From an uncultured Treponema sp. (GTDB taxonomy: Bacteria; Spirochaetota; Spirochaetia; Treponematales; Treponemataceae), in the NCBI GenBank assembly GCA_937902125.1, contig CALDIB010000032.1, positions 9,486 through 73,485 of the forward strand: a DNA stretch of 64,000 nucleotides, written 5' to 3'. Within the stretch, counting starts at the first letter, position 1; each line of letters starts with the position of its first letter. Positions 36,136-45,941 of the stretch are shown here, piece after piece. The notes below the pieces were generated by a model, which saw only the letters and a program-made list of their open reading frames with translations, searched no databases and was not told the DNA's origin. A program made the position numbers and the translations under genes.

Positions 36136-37655
36136 TTGAATGTTTCTTTGACTGCGGCCATAAATTTTTCTCCGCGGTCAAATTCATTGTTGAACATTCC
36201 AAAAGAAGCGCAGCCCGGCGAAAAGACAACTGTGTCGTTTTGGGCGGCGGCGGACAAAGGATTGTCCAAATCGCTTTTTAGCGCGGACGTCAATTCCCCA
36301 AGGGAAGAAAAAGGTCCGTGGAAGGCGATGTTCCTTTCTTGCAAGAGGGGCAATAGTTTGTCCGTTCCGCTTCCGGCCAAAAGGTAAAGGCTTGCCACAG
36401 GCGTTTTGGCCATGGCGGCGGCCAAAGGCTCAAAGTCCAAGCCCTTGTCCGTTCCGCCGCTTATGAAGACCACCGGCTTTCCAAAAGCCGCGCTGGCCGC
36501 CGCCGCCGCTTCGGGCACGGTGGCGCAAGAGTCGTTGTAAAAGCGGACTGTCTTTCCGGCGGCGCTTTTAAACTGGTGAAAAAACTGCAAGCGGTGGGGA
36601 ATGCCGTTCCACTTTCCTAAAGATTTTTGTATGTCCGCCGCCTCGACGCCCATAAGGTAAAGGACAAGCGCGGCGTTCATAAGGTTTTGCCTCATGTGGC
36701 GGCCAGGAACGTTCAGCGCTCCCAATATTTTTGTGTCGGAACTTTTTCCGGGAATGCGGGCCACGGCTTCCAAATTGTTTTTGTCGTCGTAGGAAAGCCA
36801 AACGCCGTATTGGGAATTGTCAAGGGGGTCTTGCTTGTAGCGCAAAACTTTTGCCTTGCATTCGCCGGCAAAAACGTCTCCCCAAGAGCCGCCTCCTTCC
36901 GGGCCAGCTCCAAGGCCGTCTTTGTCCGCGTCGCAAATCATAAAGTCGTCAGCGTCTTGGTCGGCGTAAATCAATTTTTTGTCTGCGATGTAGTCGGCCA
37001 TGTTGCCATACCAGTTTTGATGGTCGGGAACGATTTTTGTAATCAAAGAAATTTTTGGCTTTAAAAGACCGCGGCCCCGCAGGTCGGCCAATTGCCAGCT
37101 GGAAAGCTCAAGAACTACAGGCGTGTTTTCGTTGGTTTCTTCCAAAAAAGTCAAAGGACTTACAGTGATGTTTCCGCCCAAAAACGCCGTGAAGCCCGCC
37201 TCTTTAAGTCCGTAGTGAATGGCGCTGACAGTTGAAGACTTTCCCTTGCTTCCCGTTACGGCGATTATCGGAGCTTTTGTAAAGCGCAAGAACAAGCTTA
37301 TGTCGCTTTCTATCGCTTGCGCCGCGCTTAAAAATTTGTTTCCTTGAATTTTCACTCCGGGATTTTTTATCACGCAGTCGGCGTCGCGAAAGTCTTCTAT
37401 TCTGTGGCCGCCCAAAACATAAGTCAGCCGTTCCTTGTTCAGGCTTTTGTCTTCCGCGATTGAATTGAGGGTCGGCTTCAATTGTTCTTCGTTCTTCATG
37501 TCGGTGACTAAAACATAGGCGCCATGTTTGAGCAAAAAGCGCGTCACGGCTTCGCCGCCTCCATTTAGGCCCAGGCCCATAACGGTTACGCGCTTGTCCT
37601 TTATGTCGTCAATTGAATTGAAGAAACAACCTTTTGGAAAAATATGCCCTTCCAT
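36132..37655 (-). CDS. murD: UDP-N-acetylmuramoylalanine--D-glutamate ligase
   Basis: VTVMGLGLNGGGEAVTRFLLKHGAYVLVTD (Rossmann N-domain), AVTGSKGKSST P-loop, Mur ligase length. Confidence 0.85.
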   Translation of the reverse strand: MEGHIFPKGCFFNSIDDIKDKRVTVMGLGLNGGGEAVTRFLLKHGAYVLVTDMKNEEQLKPTLNSIAEDKSLNKERLTYVLGGHRIEDFRDADCVIKNPGVKIQGNKFLSAAQAIESDISLFLRFTKAPIIAVTGSKGKSSTVSAIHYGLKEAGFTAFLGGNITVSPLTFLEETNENTPVVLELSSWQLADLRGRGLLKPKISLITKIVPDHQNWYGNMADYIADKKLIYADQDADDFMICDADKDGLGAGPEGGGSWGDVFAGECKAKVLRYKQDPLDNSQYGVWLSYDDKNNLEAVARIPGKSSDTKILGALNVPGRHMRQNLMNAALVLYLMGVEAADIQKSLGKWNGIPHRLQFFHQFKSAAGKTVRFYNDSCATVPEAAAAASAAFGKPVVFISGGTDKGLDFEPLAAAMAKTPVASLYLLAGSGTDKLLPLLQERNIAFHGPFSSLGELTSALKSDLDNPLSAAAQNDTVVFSPGCASFGMFNNEFDRGEKFMAAVKETFN

Positions 37656-37693
37656 TTTTAGCCCCCTGTCCGTCTTTTTATTCGTGCGGAGGG

Positions 37694-37794
37694 TTCAATA
37701 CCCCGACGCTCTGCGTCGAAATAAAGGGTATTGAATCCGACTGCAATACCTTATGAGAACACCATACCTCGACGCTCTGCGTCGAGGTATGGTG
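37694..37794. repeat. two palindromic units sharing the core ATACCYCGACGCTCTGCGTCGA (REP-like)
   Basis: Unit 1 (37694-37735) has a 10-bp outer stem TTCAATACCC/GGGTATTGAA and an inner CGACGC/GCGTCG stem. Unit 2 (37760-37794) has a perfect 16-bp stem and lies inside the last codons of ddl. Confidence 0.75.
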
Positions 37795-38926
37795 ATTCCC
37801 GCGAAGTCAAAAGCTTTTTGCGGCTGTCAAAGCGCTCTATGGCCTCGTCAATCAAAAAGCTTATCAAGTCCTTGTATTTTAATCCCGACGCTTCGCACAT
37901 TTTTGGGAACATGCTTATCGAAGTGAATCCGGGAATGGCGTTTATTTCGTTCAGGTAAATTTTTCCGGAATCTTTGTCGATGAAAAAATCCACGCGGCTT
38001 AGGCCGGAACAGTTCAAGACCGTGTAGGCTTTGACGGCGGTTTCCTGAATTTTTTTTGCGGTCTCTCCGTCAATGCCGGCAGGAATTTTCAGCGCCGCGC
38101 CGTCAGGGTCGTTGTACTTGGCGTCGTAGTCGTAGAACTCGTGGGTTGGCTCAATTTCGCCGGGCGTGTATGCTTTGACTTTGCTAAAATCGTTTTCTTG
38201 GTTTTGAATGACGGCGTTTCCCGTCACGCTGCATTCAATTTCCCGCGCGTTCACCGCCTTTTCAACCAAAACTTTGTCGTCCCAAGTAAAGGCTTCCGCA
38301 AGCGCCATGGAAAATTCCCGCGGGTTGGAGGCCTTGCTCGCGCCGACGGAAGAGCCGGCGTTGCAAGGCTTTACAAAAAGCGGGAATCCAAATTCCGCGA
38401 TTGACTTTTCCACCAGCTGGTCGTAGCGCTTGCTGTCGTTTATGTCCCCTCTGGTAAAGCAAATGTATGGAACGACAGGAAGTCCGCTGTCGTTCCATAT
38501 TTTCTTTGTCATTTCCTTGTCCATAGAAAGAGCGCTGGCCATGGTTCCGCAACCAACATAGGGAACTTCGGCCGCGTCCAGCAATCCTTGCAAAACGCCG
38601 TCCTCGCAAAATGTTCCGTGAACCACAGGAAAAACCGCGTCAACTTCCAGAGCCTTTCCTTGAACCGTAAAGGCGTTTTTCTTTCCGCCGGGAACAACGT
38701 TTACCAACTTGTCAGGATTTTTGTCAATTTTAAACGCGGCCTTTTGGTCTTTTTGAACCCGCTCCAATTCCTCTTGGCTTTGCAAAAACCATTTTCCGCT
38801 TTTTGAAATTCCAATGGGAATCAACTTGAATTTTTGGCCGTCGATGTTTCTGGCCACCGAGCTCGCGCTTACAAGCGAAACTTCATGCTCGCTTGACTTT
38901 CCGCCGAATAAAATCGCTATGTTCAT
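37751..38926 (-). CDS. ddl: D-alanine--D-alanine ligase
   Basis: MNIAILFGGKSSEHEVSLVSA and ATP-grasp pattern. About 20 aa C-terminal extension (…SRESPYLDAERRGMVFS) is encoded by palindromic unit 2. Confidence 0.9.
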   Translation of the reverse strand: MNIAILFGGKSSEHEVSLVSASSVARNIDGQKFKLIPIGISKSGKWFLQSQEELERVQKDQKAAFKIDKNPDKLVNVVPGGKKNAFTVQGKALEVDAVFPVVHGTFCEDGVLQGLLDAAEVPYVGCGTMASALSMDKEMTKKIWNDSGLPVVPYICFTRGDINDSKRYDQLVEKSIAEFGFPLFVKPCNAGSSVGASKASNPREFSMALAEAFTWDDKVLVEKAVNAREIECSVTGNAVIQNQENDFSKVKAYTPGEIEPTHEFYDYDAKYNDPDGAALKIPAGIDGETAKKIQETAVKAYTVLNCSGLSRVDFFIDKDSGKIYLNEINAIPGFTSISMFPKMCEASGLKYKDLISFLIDEAIERFDSRKKLLTSRESPYLDAERRGMVFS

Positions 38927-38930
38927 TTTT

Positions 38931-40634
38931 TTATCCCCTCGCCGCCTCTTGATTGAAGCCCATTTCCGCCAAGGCTTTTTTTGCCTCCGCTATTTCGTCA
39001 TAGGGCATGACGCGGTCTTTATATATGATTGAATTTTCGTGTCCTTTTCCAAGAAGCAAAACTATGTCGCCTTTTTTTGCCATTCCAAAGGCAAAGCGAA
39101 TGGCCTTTGGCCTGTCGGTGACGATGAACAAATTGGCGTTTTCCGTCTTTCCGCCTTTCTTGGCTCCGGCGGCGATTTCTTCCAGCAAGGCTCGCGAATC
39201 TTCTCCCCGGGGGTCTTCGTCGCACAAAACAATAACGTCGCAATATTTTGCCGCGATTTCTCCCTGCAAGGGCCGCTTTGTTCTGTCCCGCTCGCCGCCG
39301 CTTCCAAAGAGCGCGAAAACTTTTCCCTTGCAGCGCTCCCGTATTGACGGAAGGATTGCCTCAAAGCTGGAGGGCGTGTGCGCGTAGTCAACGATGGCCT
39401 CAAAATCTTGTCCGCGCTCAATCTTTGTCATGCGGCCTGTTATGGGAATTAGGCTGGCGGCGCGGCGGCAAAGGTCCTTTAAAGAAATTGAAGCCATTTT
39501 ATTTATCGCAATCATCGCGGCCATAATGTTCATGGCGTTAAAAGCGCCGGCGCAACTTGTTCTGACTGTTATGCTTTCGTGGCTTTGGTCAAAAGCCGAG
39601 CCGTGGTCTATTTCAAATTCCAAGAGGCGCTCTGAATCCTTTATGCTGGAGGCGGACAAAAATTCAACGCCTTGGATATTTTCGCATTCTTTTGTCTTGA
39701 ATCCGTAGCAAGGCGCGCTTGTCGCTTCCACAAAATAAGGCGCGGACTTGTCTTCCAAATTTACAATGCCGCAGGGCTTTATGTCCAAGTCAACGTTGTT
39801 CACGATTTTATGGTGATTGTGTTTGTCCAAGGCGCGGAAGAGGTTGGCCTTGTCGCTTTTGTATTTTTCAAAGGTCTTATGAAATTCCAAATGCTCCAAG
39901 GTGACGTTCATAAAAACGGCGCAGTCAAAAAGAACGCAGCCCAAGCGGTTCAACTCCTGGCTTAGGCCGTGGCTTGAGCTTTCTATAACGGCGTATTCGC
40001 AGCCGTTTTGAACCATGTCATAAAGCTCCCGTTGAATTATTGGCGCTTCGGGAGTGGTGGAGTGGACTGGATTCGCCACGGCCTCGCCGCCCAAGGAATA
40101 CTGAACGGTGGAAATGAAGCCCGCCTTTTTTCCGGACAGGCGCAATAGCTGCCAAATGAACGACACGGTGGAAGACTTTCCTTCGGTGCCGGTCACTCCG
40201 ATGACTATCATTTTTTTTGAAGGGTTTCCAAAAAATTCCGCTGCTATGGGAGCCATGGATTTTCTTGCGTCGTCAACTTTCAGCAAAACAGGCATCACCA
40301 AGTCGCCTGTCTTTTTTTGCGGGTCTCCCATGTTGCCCAAGGTTCGGCAAACGATGGATTTTGCTATTTGAACGCTTTCTTCTTTTGTAAGTTCGCCTTG
40401 GTAGACTACGACGCTGGCGCCTGAGTCGATTGCCGGAGCGATGAACTGGTTTCCGTTGACATGGCTTCCGGGGAGGGCGAAAAAGAGATAGTTGCTTTTC
40501 ACTTCCCTGGAATCAAAGGCCAAGCCGCAAACTGGCGTCGCGCCAATCAATGATTCGTCAAGCGGGCTTTCTCCGTCCGCGGCCACAGCCTTGAATTCAA
40601 ATGAATCCAGCAAGGAAGACAACTTCTTTTCCAT
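38931..40634 (-). CDS. murE: UDP-N-acetylmuramoyl-tripeptide synthetase MurE (third-position diamino acid not determinable)
   Basis: VIGVTGTEGKSST P-loop, Mur ligase middle and C domains, 567 aa. Confidence 0.85.
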   Translation of the reverse strand: MEKKLSSLLDSFEFKAVAADGESPLDESLIGATPVCGLAFDSREVKSNYLFFALPGSHVNGNQFIAPAIDSGASVVVYQGELTKEESVQIAKSIVCRTLGNMGDPQKKTGDLVMPVLLKVDDARKSMAPIAAEFFGNPSKKMIVIGVTGTEGKSSTVSFIWQLLRLSGKKAGFISTVQYSLGGEAVANPVHSTTPEAPIIQRELYDMVQNGCEYAVIESSSHGLSQELNRLGCVLFDCAVFMNVTLEHLEFHKTFEKYKSDKANLFRALDKHNHHKIVNNVDLDIKPCGIVNLEDKSAPYFVEATSAPCYGFKTKECENIQGVEFLSASSIKDSERLLEFEIDHGSAFDQSHESITVRTSCAGAFNAMNIMAAMIAINKMASISLKDLCRRAASLIPITGRMTKIERGQDFEAIVDYAHTPSSFEAILPSIRERCKGKVFALFGSGGERDRTKRPLQGEIAAKYCDVIVLCDEDPRGEDSRALLEEIAAGAKKGGKTENANLFIVTDRPKAIRFAFGMAKKGDIVLLLGKGHENSIIYKDRVMPYDEIAEAKKALAEMGFNQEAARG

Positions 40635-40642
40635 AGCCGCTT

Positions 40643-40671
40643 ATTTTATCGCATATTGAAAGTAATTTCAA
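40643..40671 (-). promoter_or_regulatory. sigma70-like promoter, leaderless geometry (murE)
   Basis: Minus strand reads TTGAAA(40671-40666)-17 nt-TAAAAT(40648-40643)-8 nt-ATG(40634). Confidence 0.6.
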
Positions 40672-40703
40672 TAATAAAAACGCGGACTCTATAGGCGGGG
40701 CCC

Positions 40704-40810
40704 AGCGACGAAAAAAATAATCAGGGCCTCCCGTCATTCGCTTGCGGCTTGATGCCTGCGGCCAAGCCGCTTCGCTGACGGGTCCTTCCAATTATTTTTT
40801 TCTGCGTCTC
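40704..40810. other. ~105-nt imperfect palindrome flanked by an A-run and a T-run, between divergent promoters
   Basis: AAAAAAATAAT...CCCGTCA..GCGGCTTG-loop-CAAGCCGC..TGACGGG...ATTATTTTTTT. Paired blocks of 11, 7 and 8 bp are separated by internal loops. Confidence 0.6.
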
Positions 40811-40897
40811 ATTCCTTTAGAATGAGGCCTCTTGTGGTTTTGCGCTCGCGCTTACGCGCTCGGCACGGCTCCCGCCTCTTTTGTCCGCTTTCTTATA

Positions 40898-40926
40898 TTG
40901 AAAGTATTTCCATCTAACATTATAAT
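40898..40926 (+). promoter_or_regulatory. sigma70-like promoter, leaderless geometry (queD)
   Basis: TTGAAA(40898-40903)-17 nt-TATAAT(40921-40926)-6 nt-ATG(40933). Confidence 0.65.
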
Positions 40927-40932
40927 GACGTT

Positions 40933-41310
40933 ATGTTTGAAGTTAGAGTGGAAGATGATTTTGCCGCGGCGCATTTTTTGCGGGACTACAACGGAAAGTG
41001 CGAGGCCTTGCACGGCCACAATTACAAGGTTTTTGTCCATGTTCGGGGAACACAGTTGGACGCGGGCGGAATGCTCCTTGACTTTTCGGAACTGAAGGCC
41101 GCTCTGAAAAAAGTTTTGGCCGGCCTTGACCATACCAACTTGAACGACAATCCTTTTTTTGACCAAAATCCCAGCGCCGAGCGAATAGCGCTTTACATTT
41201 GCCAAGGCGTTCAGGTGGAATTTGACGCGCAAAAAAAAGACATCCACATTCATTCTGTGGATGTCTTTGAAACTGATCGCAGCCGGGCTACATATTATCC
41301 CGACCTATAG
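40933..41310 (+). CDS. queD: 6-carboxy-5,6,7,8-tetrahydropterin synthase
   Basis: FAAAHFLRDYNGKCEALHGHNYKVFVHV (PTPS/QueD Cys-His-His pattern), 125 aa. Confidence 0.85.
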   Translation: MFEVRVEDDFAAAHFLRDYNGKCEALHGHNYKVFVHVRGTQLDAGGMLLDFSELKAALKKVLAGLDHTNLNDNPFFDQNPSAERIALYICQGVQVEFDAQKKDIHIHSVDVFETDRSRATYYPDL

Positions 41311-41375
41311 GTAGACAAAAAAAACCGTCCTTTTGTTTTACAAACTCGTGTCTAAATCGAAAACTTGTTTTCGAT

Positions 41376-43448
41376 TTAGACTGTAAAGTTGTTGATTTCC
41401 TTTCCAATCTTGTAGATTGACTCTTTGAGGCTTCCGGCGACATCGTTTAGGGCGGCGCCGGTTTCGTTAATCTTTTCGGCTCCCTGAGACATTTCTTCCA
41501 TGCTGCCCTTCATGGCCAAAGTGGCGTCCTGCAAGCGGCGCACTTCGTCAAGAATCAACTTGTTGCCTTCCGTCATTTCTTCGCTGGCGTTGCGAACTTC
41601 GATTGAACCGTCGTTCATGCTCTTAAGCGCTTCGCTGATTTGGCGGCTTCCTTCGGTTTGTTCTTCCATGGCCGTGCGAATCTGCATGACCAACTGGTCG
41701 GTGTCGCGGATTTTGTCAGCCACAATGGTAAGGGCTTGGGCCGACTCGTCGGAGGCGGTGACGACGTTGGAAATTGATTCCTTGATTTTTGCAAGCTGCT
41801 CGCCGATGGTCTTTGACTGTCCGGTTGAAGTTTCGGACAACTTTCTGATTTCGTCCGCCACAACGCTAAAGCCTTTTCCCGCGTCGCCGGCGTGGGCGGC
41901 TTCGATGGCGGCGTTCATGGCCAAGAGGTTTGTCTGGGCCGCTATGTTGGCGATGGCAAGGTTGGCGTCCTCAAGCATGGCGGACTGGGTTTCAATCTGC
42001 TGAATCTTTTCGTTTACGTCCTGCTGCTTTTTAAAGCCGATGTCGGCGTTTTGGTTGAGCTCTTCAAAAGAGTTGGCCATTTTTTCAACGCTTTGGTTGA
42101 CGGAAGAAATGTTTCCAATCATCTCTTCAACCGCGGCGGAGGCTTGGGTTATTCCCGAAGCCTGGCCTTCAATCATCTTGTTCAAAGAGTCGATGTTTGA
42201 AGAAATCTCGTTGACCGCGCCGGCCGTTTGGTTGACGCTGTCGCCCTGGGTTTCAATTTGAGTGTGGATTGAGTCGATGTTGGCGATGATTTGAGTGATG
42301 GCGCTGGCCGTGTCTTGGCTGATGGCGCCCATGTTCTCGCCGCCGGACTCCAAATCCTTGTTTTGATTCTTTACGATGCTGATGATGTCCTGCAAGCGCT
42401 TTACAAAGGCGTTAAAGCCGGCCACAACTTCGCCAACTTCGTCCTTTGACTTGGAGTCAATTCTTTGCGTTAAGTCGGCGTCGCCGCTTGAAATTTTAAC
42501 GAGGCTGTCGCGGACGGCAAGAATCGGCTTTACAATGACAAGGCGCGTGATTATTGCCGTCAAGATAGAAATGGCAATCAAAATCGCGATCAATGCGGGA
42601 ATGACCAAGCCCGTGGTCTGATTTCTTGCATTTACTATGGCTTGCCCGTTCTTGGCTGTATAGAGCATTCCTTGAACGCTGTTGTCTTTGTTTTGAAATG
42701 GCGCGTAGACTGCCATATAATTTTGGCCTGCGATTTGGATTTCTAGGCGGACGGTTTCGGCCTTTGACAAAACCTTGTCTAAAACTGTTTTGTTGTCGAT
42801 TTTCGTTCCGGCCATTGAGTTTCCGTTTTTGTCCCGCAGCGTGCTTGACATGCGCGTGTCGCCTTTAAAAATTGTGGCTTCCACGCCGTAACTTTCTTTA
42901 ACTAGGTTTACAAAGTCTTCTTTTTCCATGTCATAGGCGAACATGGCCGAGCCTACGACTTCGCCTTGGTATTTTATGGCCGCGGCGTAAATCAAGCTGA
43001 ACGGAAGCCAGCTTTCTTTGCTCCAAGAATAATAGGTGGGCTCTCCGTTTATGGTTCCTTGCCACGCGACCAAATTTCTCGCGCTTTGGCCCACGCCGAT
43101 GTTGCCAGCCAAAATGTTTCCGCTTGCGTCGGCCACCATCAAGTAGTCCGCGTCCATGCTTTGAAGCTGGGAAGAAACAGCGTCCTCAAGCATGTCAAGG
43201 TCGTTGTTGGCCAAGGCGTTTGTGGTTCTGTTGAGGCTTGCGAGCGTCTTTGCTTCCGCCGTAAGCGTCTGCGCCCAGTTGCGCATGAGCAAGTCGGCTC
43301 CGTGCTCCGTCAAATCCAATTGTTTTTGGATTTCTTCCTGAAAGTGTTTTTGAAAGGTGTTGATTGAAATCACTCCTACGGCTACGGAACTTATGATTAC
43401 CATAACCGCGACAATAATGAAAATCTTGAGGGATAATTTGACCTTCAT
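41376..43448 (-). CDS. methyl-accepting chemotaxis protein with dCache-like sensor (MCP-2, paralog of MCP-1)
   Basis: [34 protein letters not shown]. Same architecture as 28305..30419. SD AAGGAG upstream. Confidence 0.9.
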   Translation of the reverse strand: MKVKLSLKIFIIVAVMVIISSVAVGVISINTFQKHFQEEIQKQLDLTEHGADLLMRNWAQTLTAEAKTLASLNRTTNALANNDLDMLEDAVSSQLQSMDADYLMVADASGNILAGNIGVGQSARNLVAWQGTINGEPTYYSWSKESWLPFSLIYAAAIKYQGEVVGSAMFAYDMEKEDFVNLVKESYGVEATIFKGDTRMSSTLRDKNGNSMAGTKIDNKTVLDKVLSKAETVRLEIQIAGQNYMAVYAPFQNKDNSVQGMLYTAKNGQAIVNARNQTTGLVIPALIAILIAISILTAIITRLVIVKPILAVRDSLVKISSGDADLTQRIDSKSKDEVGEVVAGFNAFVKRLQDIISIVKNQNKDLESGGENMGAISQDTASAITQIIANIDSIHTQIETQGDSVNQTAGAVNEISSNIDSLNKMIEGQASGITQASAAVEEMIGNISSVNQSVEKMANSFEELNQNADIGFKKQQDVNEKIQQIETQSAMLEDANLAIANIAAQTNLLAMNAAIEAAHAGDAGKGFSVVADEIRKLSETSTGQSKTIGEQLAKIKESISNVVTASDESAQALTIVADKIRDTDQLVMQIRTAMEEQTEGSRQISEALKSMNDGSIEVRNASEEMTEGNKLILDEVRRLQDATLAMKGSMEEMSQGAEKINETGAALNDVAGSLKESIYKIGKEINNFTV

Positions 43449-43594
43449 ATGTACTCCTTAAAAGATGTATAACGATTGTATTTCATTTTCGACATAAAAG
43501 CAAGTTTTTTTTTGCGTCAAAATGGATTTTTTATAACTATATTTTTGTAAAGATGTGGCGAAAGGCGCCTTTTGCCTTGAGGCTTCCCCGACAA

Positions 43595-44359
43595 TCACAA
43601 GCGGACAGGGACGCCTTTTTTATTCAATTGTTCCTTTATAGAGCCAATAGTGAACTGCCCTGAATGAACCATTGTTGCTATCAGCGCCGCGTCGGCCTCT
43701 CCTTCTGTAAGGACTTTTGCCATGTGCTCCACTGTTCCGCCTCCGCCCGAGGCTATTACGGGAACGGCCACGTTTTGGGCTATAAGTTTTGTAAGCTCAA
43801 CGTCATAGCCTTCTTTTGTTCCGTCCGCGTCCATGGAATTTAGGACAATCTCGCCCGCTCCTAAGGCCACGCCTTTTTTGGCCCATTCAAGCGCGTCAAG
43901 GCCTGTGTCAACGCGGCCCCCGTTAATCGTTGTTCCGTAGCCGCTGGGCTTGGATTGGTCGCGTCGGACGTCCATTCCAAGGACTATGCATTGCCTTCCA
44001 AAAACGCTCGCGCCTTGGCTGATAAGGTCGGGGTTTTTGACCGCCTGCGAGTTGAGCGAAACTTTTTCCGCTCCCGCAAGAATCGTGGCGCGGATGTCTT
44101 CTATTGTTCCGATTCCGCCTCCCACGCAAAATGGAATGAAGACTTGGCTTGCCACGCGGCTTATTAAGTCTAGAATAGGCCGTTCGCCGCGGGCGCTTGC
44201 CATTATGTCGTAAAAGACAAGTTCGTCAACGCCTTGCTCGTAGTATTTTTTCGCCATCTCCACGGGGTCGCCTATGTCAAGGTTGTTTTGGAATTTGACT
44301 CCTTTTGTGGTACGGCCGTCCTTTACGTCAAGGCAAACGATGACGCGCTTTTTTAACAT
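43595..44359 (-). CDS. hisF: imidazole glycerol phosphate synthase cyclase subunit
   Basis: [21 protein letters not shown]..., (beta/alpha)8 HisF pattern with VIASGGGGT. Confidence 0.85.
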   Translation of the reverse strand: MLKKRVIVCLDVKDGRTTKGVKFQNNLDIGDPVEMAKKYYEQGVDELVFYDIMASARGERPILDLISRVASQVFIPFCVGGGIGTIEDIRATILAGAEKVSLNSQAVKNPDLISQGASVFGRQCIVLGMDVRRDQSKPSGYGTTINGGRVDTGLDALEWAKKGVALGAGEIVLNSMDADGTKEGYDVELTKLIAQNVAVPVIASGGGGTVEHMAKVLTEGEADAALIATMVHSGQFTIGSIKEQLNKKGVPVRL

Positions 44360-45024
44360 TGCAAGTCCCCCTCGACAAAGTTTTTAAGAATTTGAAGTCC
44401 CGCCTTTCCCGATTTTTCAGGGTGGAACTGGCAGGCAAAAACATTCCCGCTTTGAATCACAGCGGGAACAATCGCGCCGTAGTCCGCGTAGCCTTTTATG
44501 ACGGCCGGGTCTTGCGGCTGGATTACATAAGAATGCACAAAGTAAAAGTCGCTGGAGTCTGGAACCCCTTTAAGGATTGGGCAAGTTCCGTTAAAAGAAA
44601 CGTCGTTCCAGCCCATGTGGGGAACCTTGCGGGAATTGTCTTGAGGGTCTATGTCCCGTTCCCGCCAAAGGCTGGCAAAATGGCGGATTGTTCCGGGAAC
44701 TAGGCCCAAGCATTTTGTATATGTCCGCTCTCCGTTTTGGAAGGAGCCGCCTTCTTCGCTTTGGTCAAAAATTATTTGGGCGCCGATGCAGATTCCCAAA
44801 AGGGGCTTTTTTGCCTGGGTCCAGTCCCGCAAAAATTTGTCGTAGCCTGAAAGGACAAGCTCCCGCATGGCGTAGGCCGCCTCTCCGTCGCCGGGAAAAA
44901 TCACTCGGTCAACCTTTGCCAAGTCGGCCGGATTTTTGGAAAGAATGTATTTCGCGCCCAAAAAGTCCAAGGCGCGCTCAACGCTCTTAATGTTTCCGGC
45001 GTTGTAGTCCACGATTCCTATCAT
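44353..45024 (-). CDS. hisH: imidazole glycerol phosphate synthase glutamine amidotransferase subunit
   Basis: [22 protein letters not shown] (Cys nucleophile), FHPEKS. Start chosen by TACAAT-7 nt-ATG(45024), which gives the canonical HisH N-terminus. Confidence 0.85.
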   Translation of the reverse strand: MIGIVDYNAGNIKSVERALDFLGAKYILSKNPADLAKVDRVIFPGDGEAAYAMRELVLSGYDKFLRDWTQAKKPLLGICIGAQIIFDQSEEGGSFQNGERTYTKCLGLVPGTIRHFASLWRERDIDPQDNSRKVPHMGWNDVSFNGTCPILKGVPDSSDFYFVHSYVIQPQDPAVIKGYADYGAIVPAVIQSGNVFACQFHPEKSGKAGLQILKNFVEGDLQC

Positions 45025-45031
45025 GTTTTCC

Positions 45032-45061
45032 ATTGTAGCGCGCAAGCGCGGCAGGTTTCAA
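45032..45061 (-). promoter_or_regulatory. sigma70-like promoter, leaderless geometry (hisH)
   Basis: Minus strand reads TTGAAA(45061-45056)-18 nt-TACAAT(45037-45032)-7 nt-ATG(45024). Confidence 0.55.
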
Positions 45062-45194
45062 GACGCGCAAAAGCGACGGCTCTCAGAAGGGCTTTTTTTG
45101 CCGGCGCTTCCGTCATGCGGTTGTCATGGGGCACGGGGTAGAAAAGAGCCGGCGCTTGCGCTATAATCTCTCCATCTTTTTTTAGGAACAAACT

Positions 45195-45941
45195 ATGGCG
45201 GCAAAAAACAATTCTTCAATCAACGCGACGCAAAATACGCCCACGCCCCACAACGCGGCAAAAAAGGGACAAATAGCAAAAACGGTTTTGATGCCCGGAG
45301 ACCCGGAACGCGCCGAATGGATAGCCAAGACATTTTTGAGCGGCGCCAAAATGGTGACGGACGTTCGCGGCATGAAAGGCTTTACCGGAAAATTCAACTC
45401 AAAGCCTGTCACCGTAATGGGAAGCGGAATGGGCGCAGGATCCGCCGGCATTTACATGTACGAACTTTACAACTATTACGATGTTGACGCAATCATTCGC
45501 ATTGGAACTTGCGGCTCCCTTCAAAAAGAAGTCAAGGCCGGCGACATGATTTTTGCCATGACCGCCTCGACTGACACAAACTACGAATATCAGTATGGTT
45601 TGGAGGGACATTTTTCTCCCGCGGCCAACTTTGAGCTTTTGCAAAAAGCGGCGGCTTTTGCCGAAGAAAAAAAATACAGATTCCACGCCGGCCCAATTTT
45701 TTCCAGCGATTTTTTCAGCAAGTACAACGCTATGGGCGACAAGGCCTGGAAGTCATGGGCAAGAATGGGAGCCTTGGCGCAAGACATGGAAACCTACTGC
45801 TTGTATTGCCAAGCGGCCTACGCCAAAAAGAAAGCCTTTTCAATAATCACAAGCACATTCAACAAAGTCACAAACGCGCAAGTTCCGTTGGACGCTAAAA
45901 CTCTTTCGCCCATGGTTCAAACCGCGCTTTCTCTTGTCTAA
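45195..45941 (+). CDS. deoD: purine nucleoside phosphorylase, DeoD type
   Basis: VLMPGDPERAEWIAKTFL, VTVMGSGMGAGS and IRIGTCGS patterns of the PNP/UDP family. Confidence 0.85.
   Translation: MAAKNNSSINATQNTPTPHNAAKKGQIAKTVLMPGDPERAEWIAKTFLSGAKMVTDVRGMKGFTGKFNSKPVTVMGSGMGAGSAGIYMYELYNYYDVDAIIRIGTCGSLQKEVKAGDMIFAMTASTDTNYEYQYGLEGHFSPAANFELLQKAAAFAEEKKYRFHAGPIFSSDFFSKYNAMGDKAWKSWARMGALAQDMETYCLYCQAAYAKKKAFSIITSTFNKVTNAQVPLDAKTLSPMVQTALSLV

Noticed and set aside
40704-40810. The long hairpin considered as SRP (4.5S) RNA.
   Set aside because: It has symmetric internal loops, but the apex is an 11-nt loop rather than a GNRA tetraloop. The conserved GGAA/AGCA helix-8 motifs are absent.
40840-40932. 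A preQ1 riboswitch in front of queD.
   Set aside because: The -10 box ends 6 nt before the ATG, so there is no 5' UTR to hold an aptamer. I saw no preQ1-I/II consensus in the spacer.
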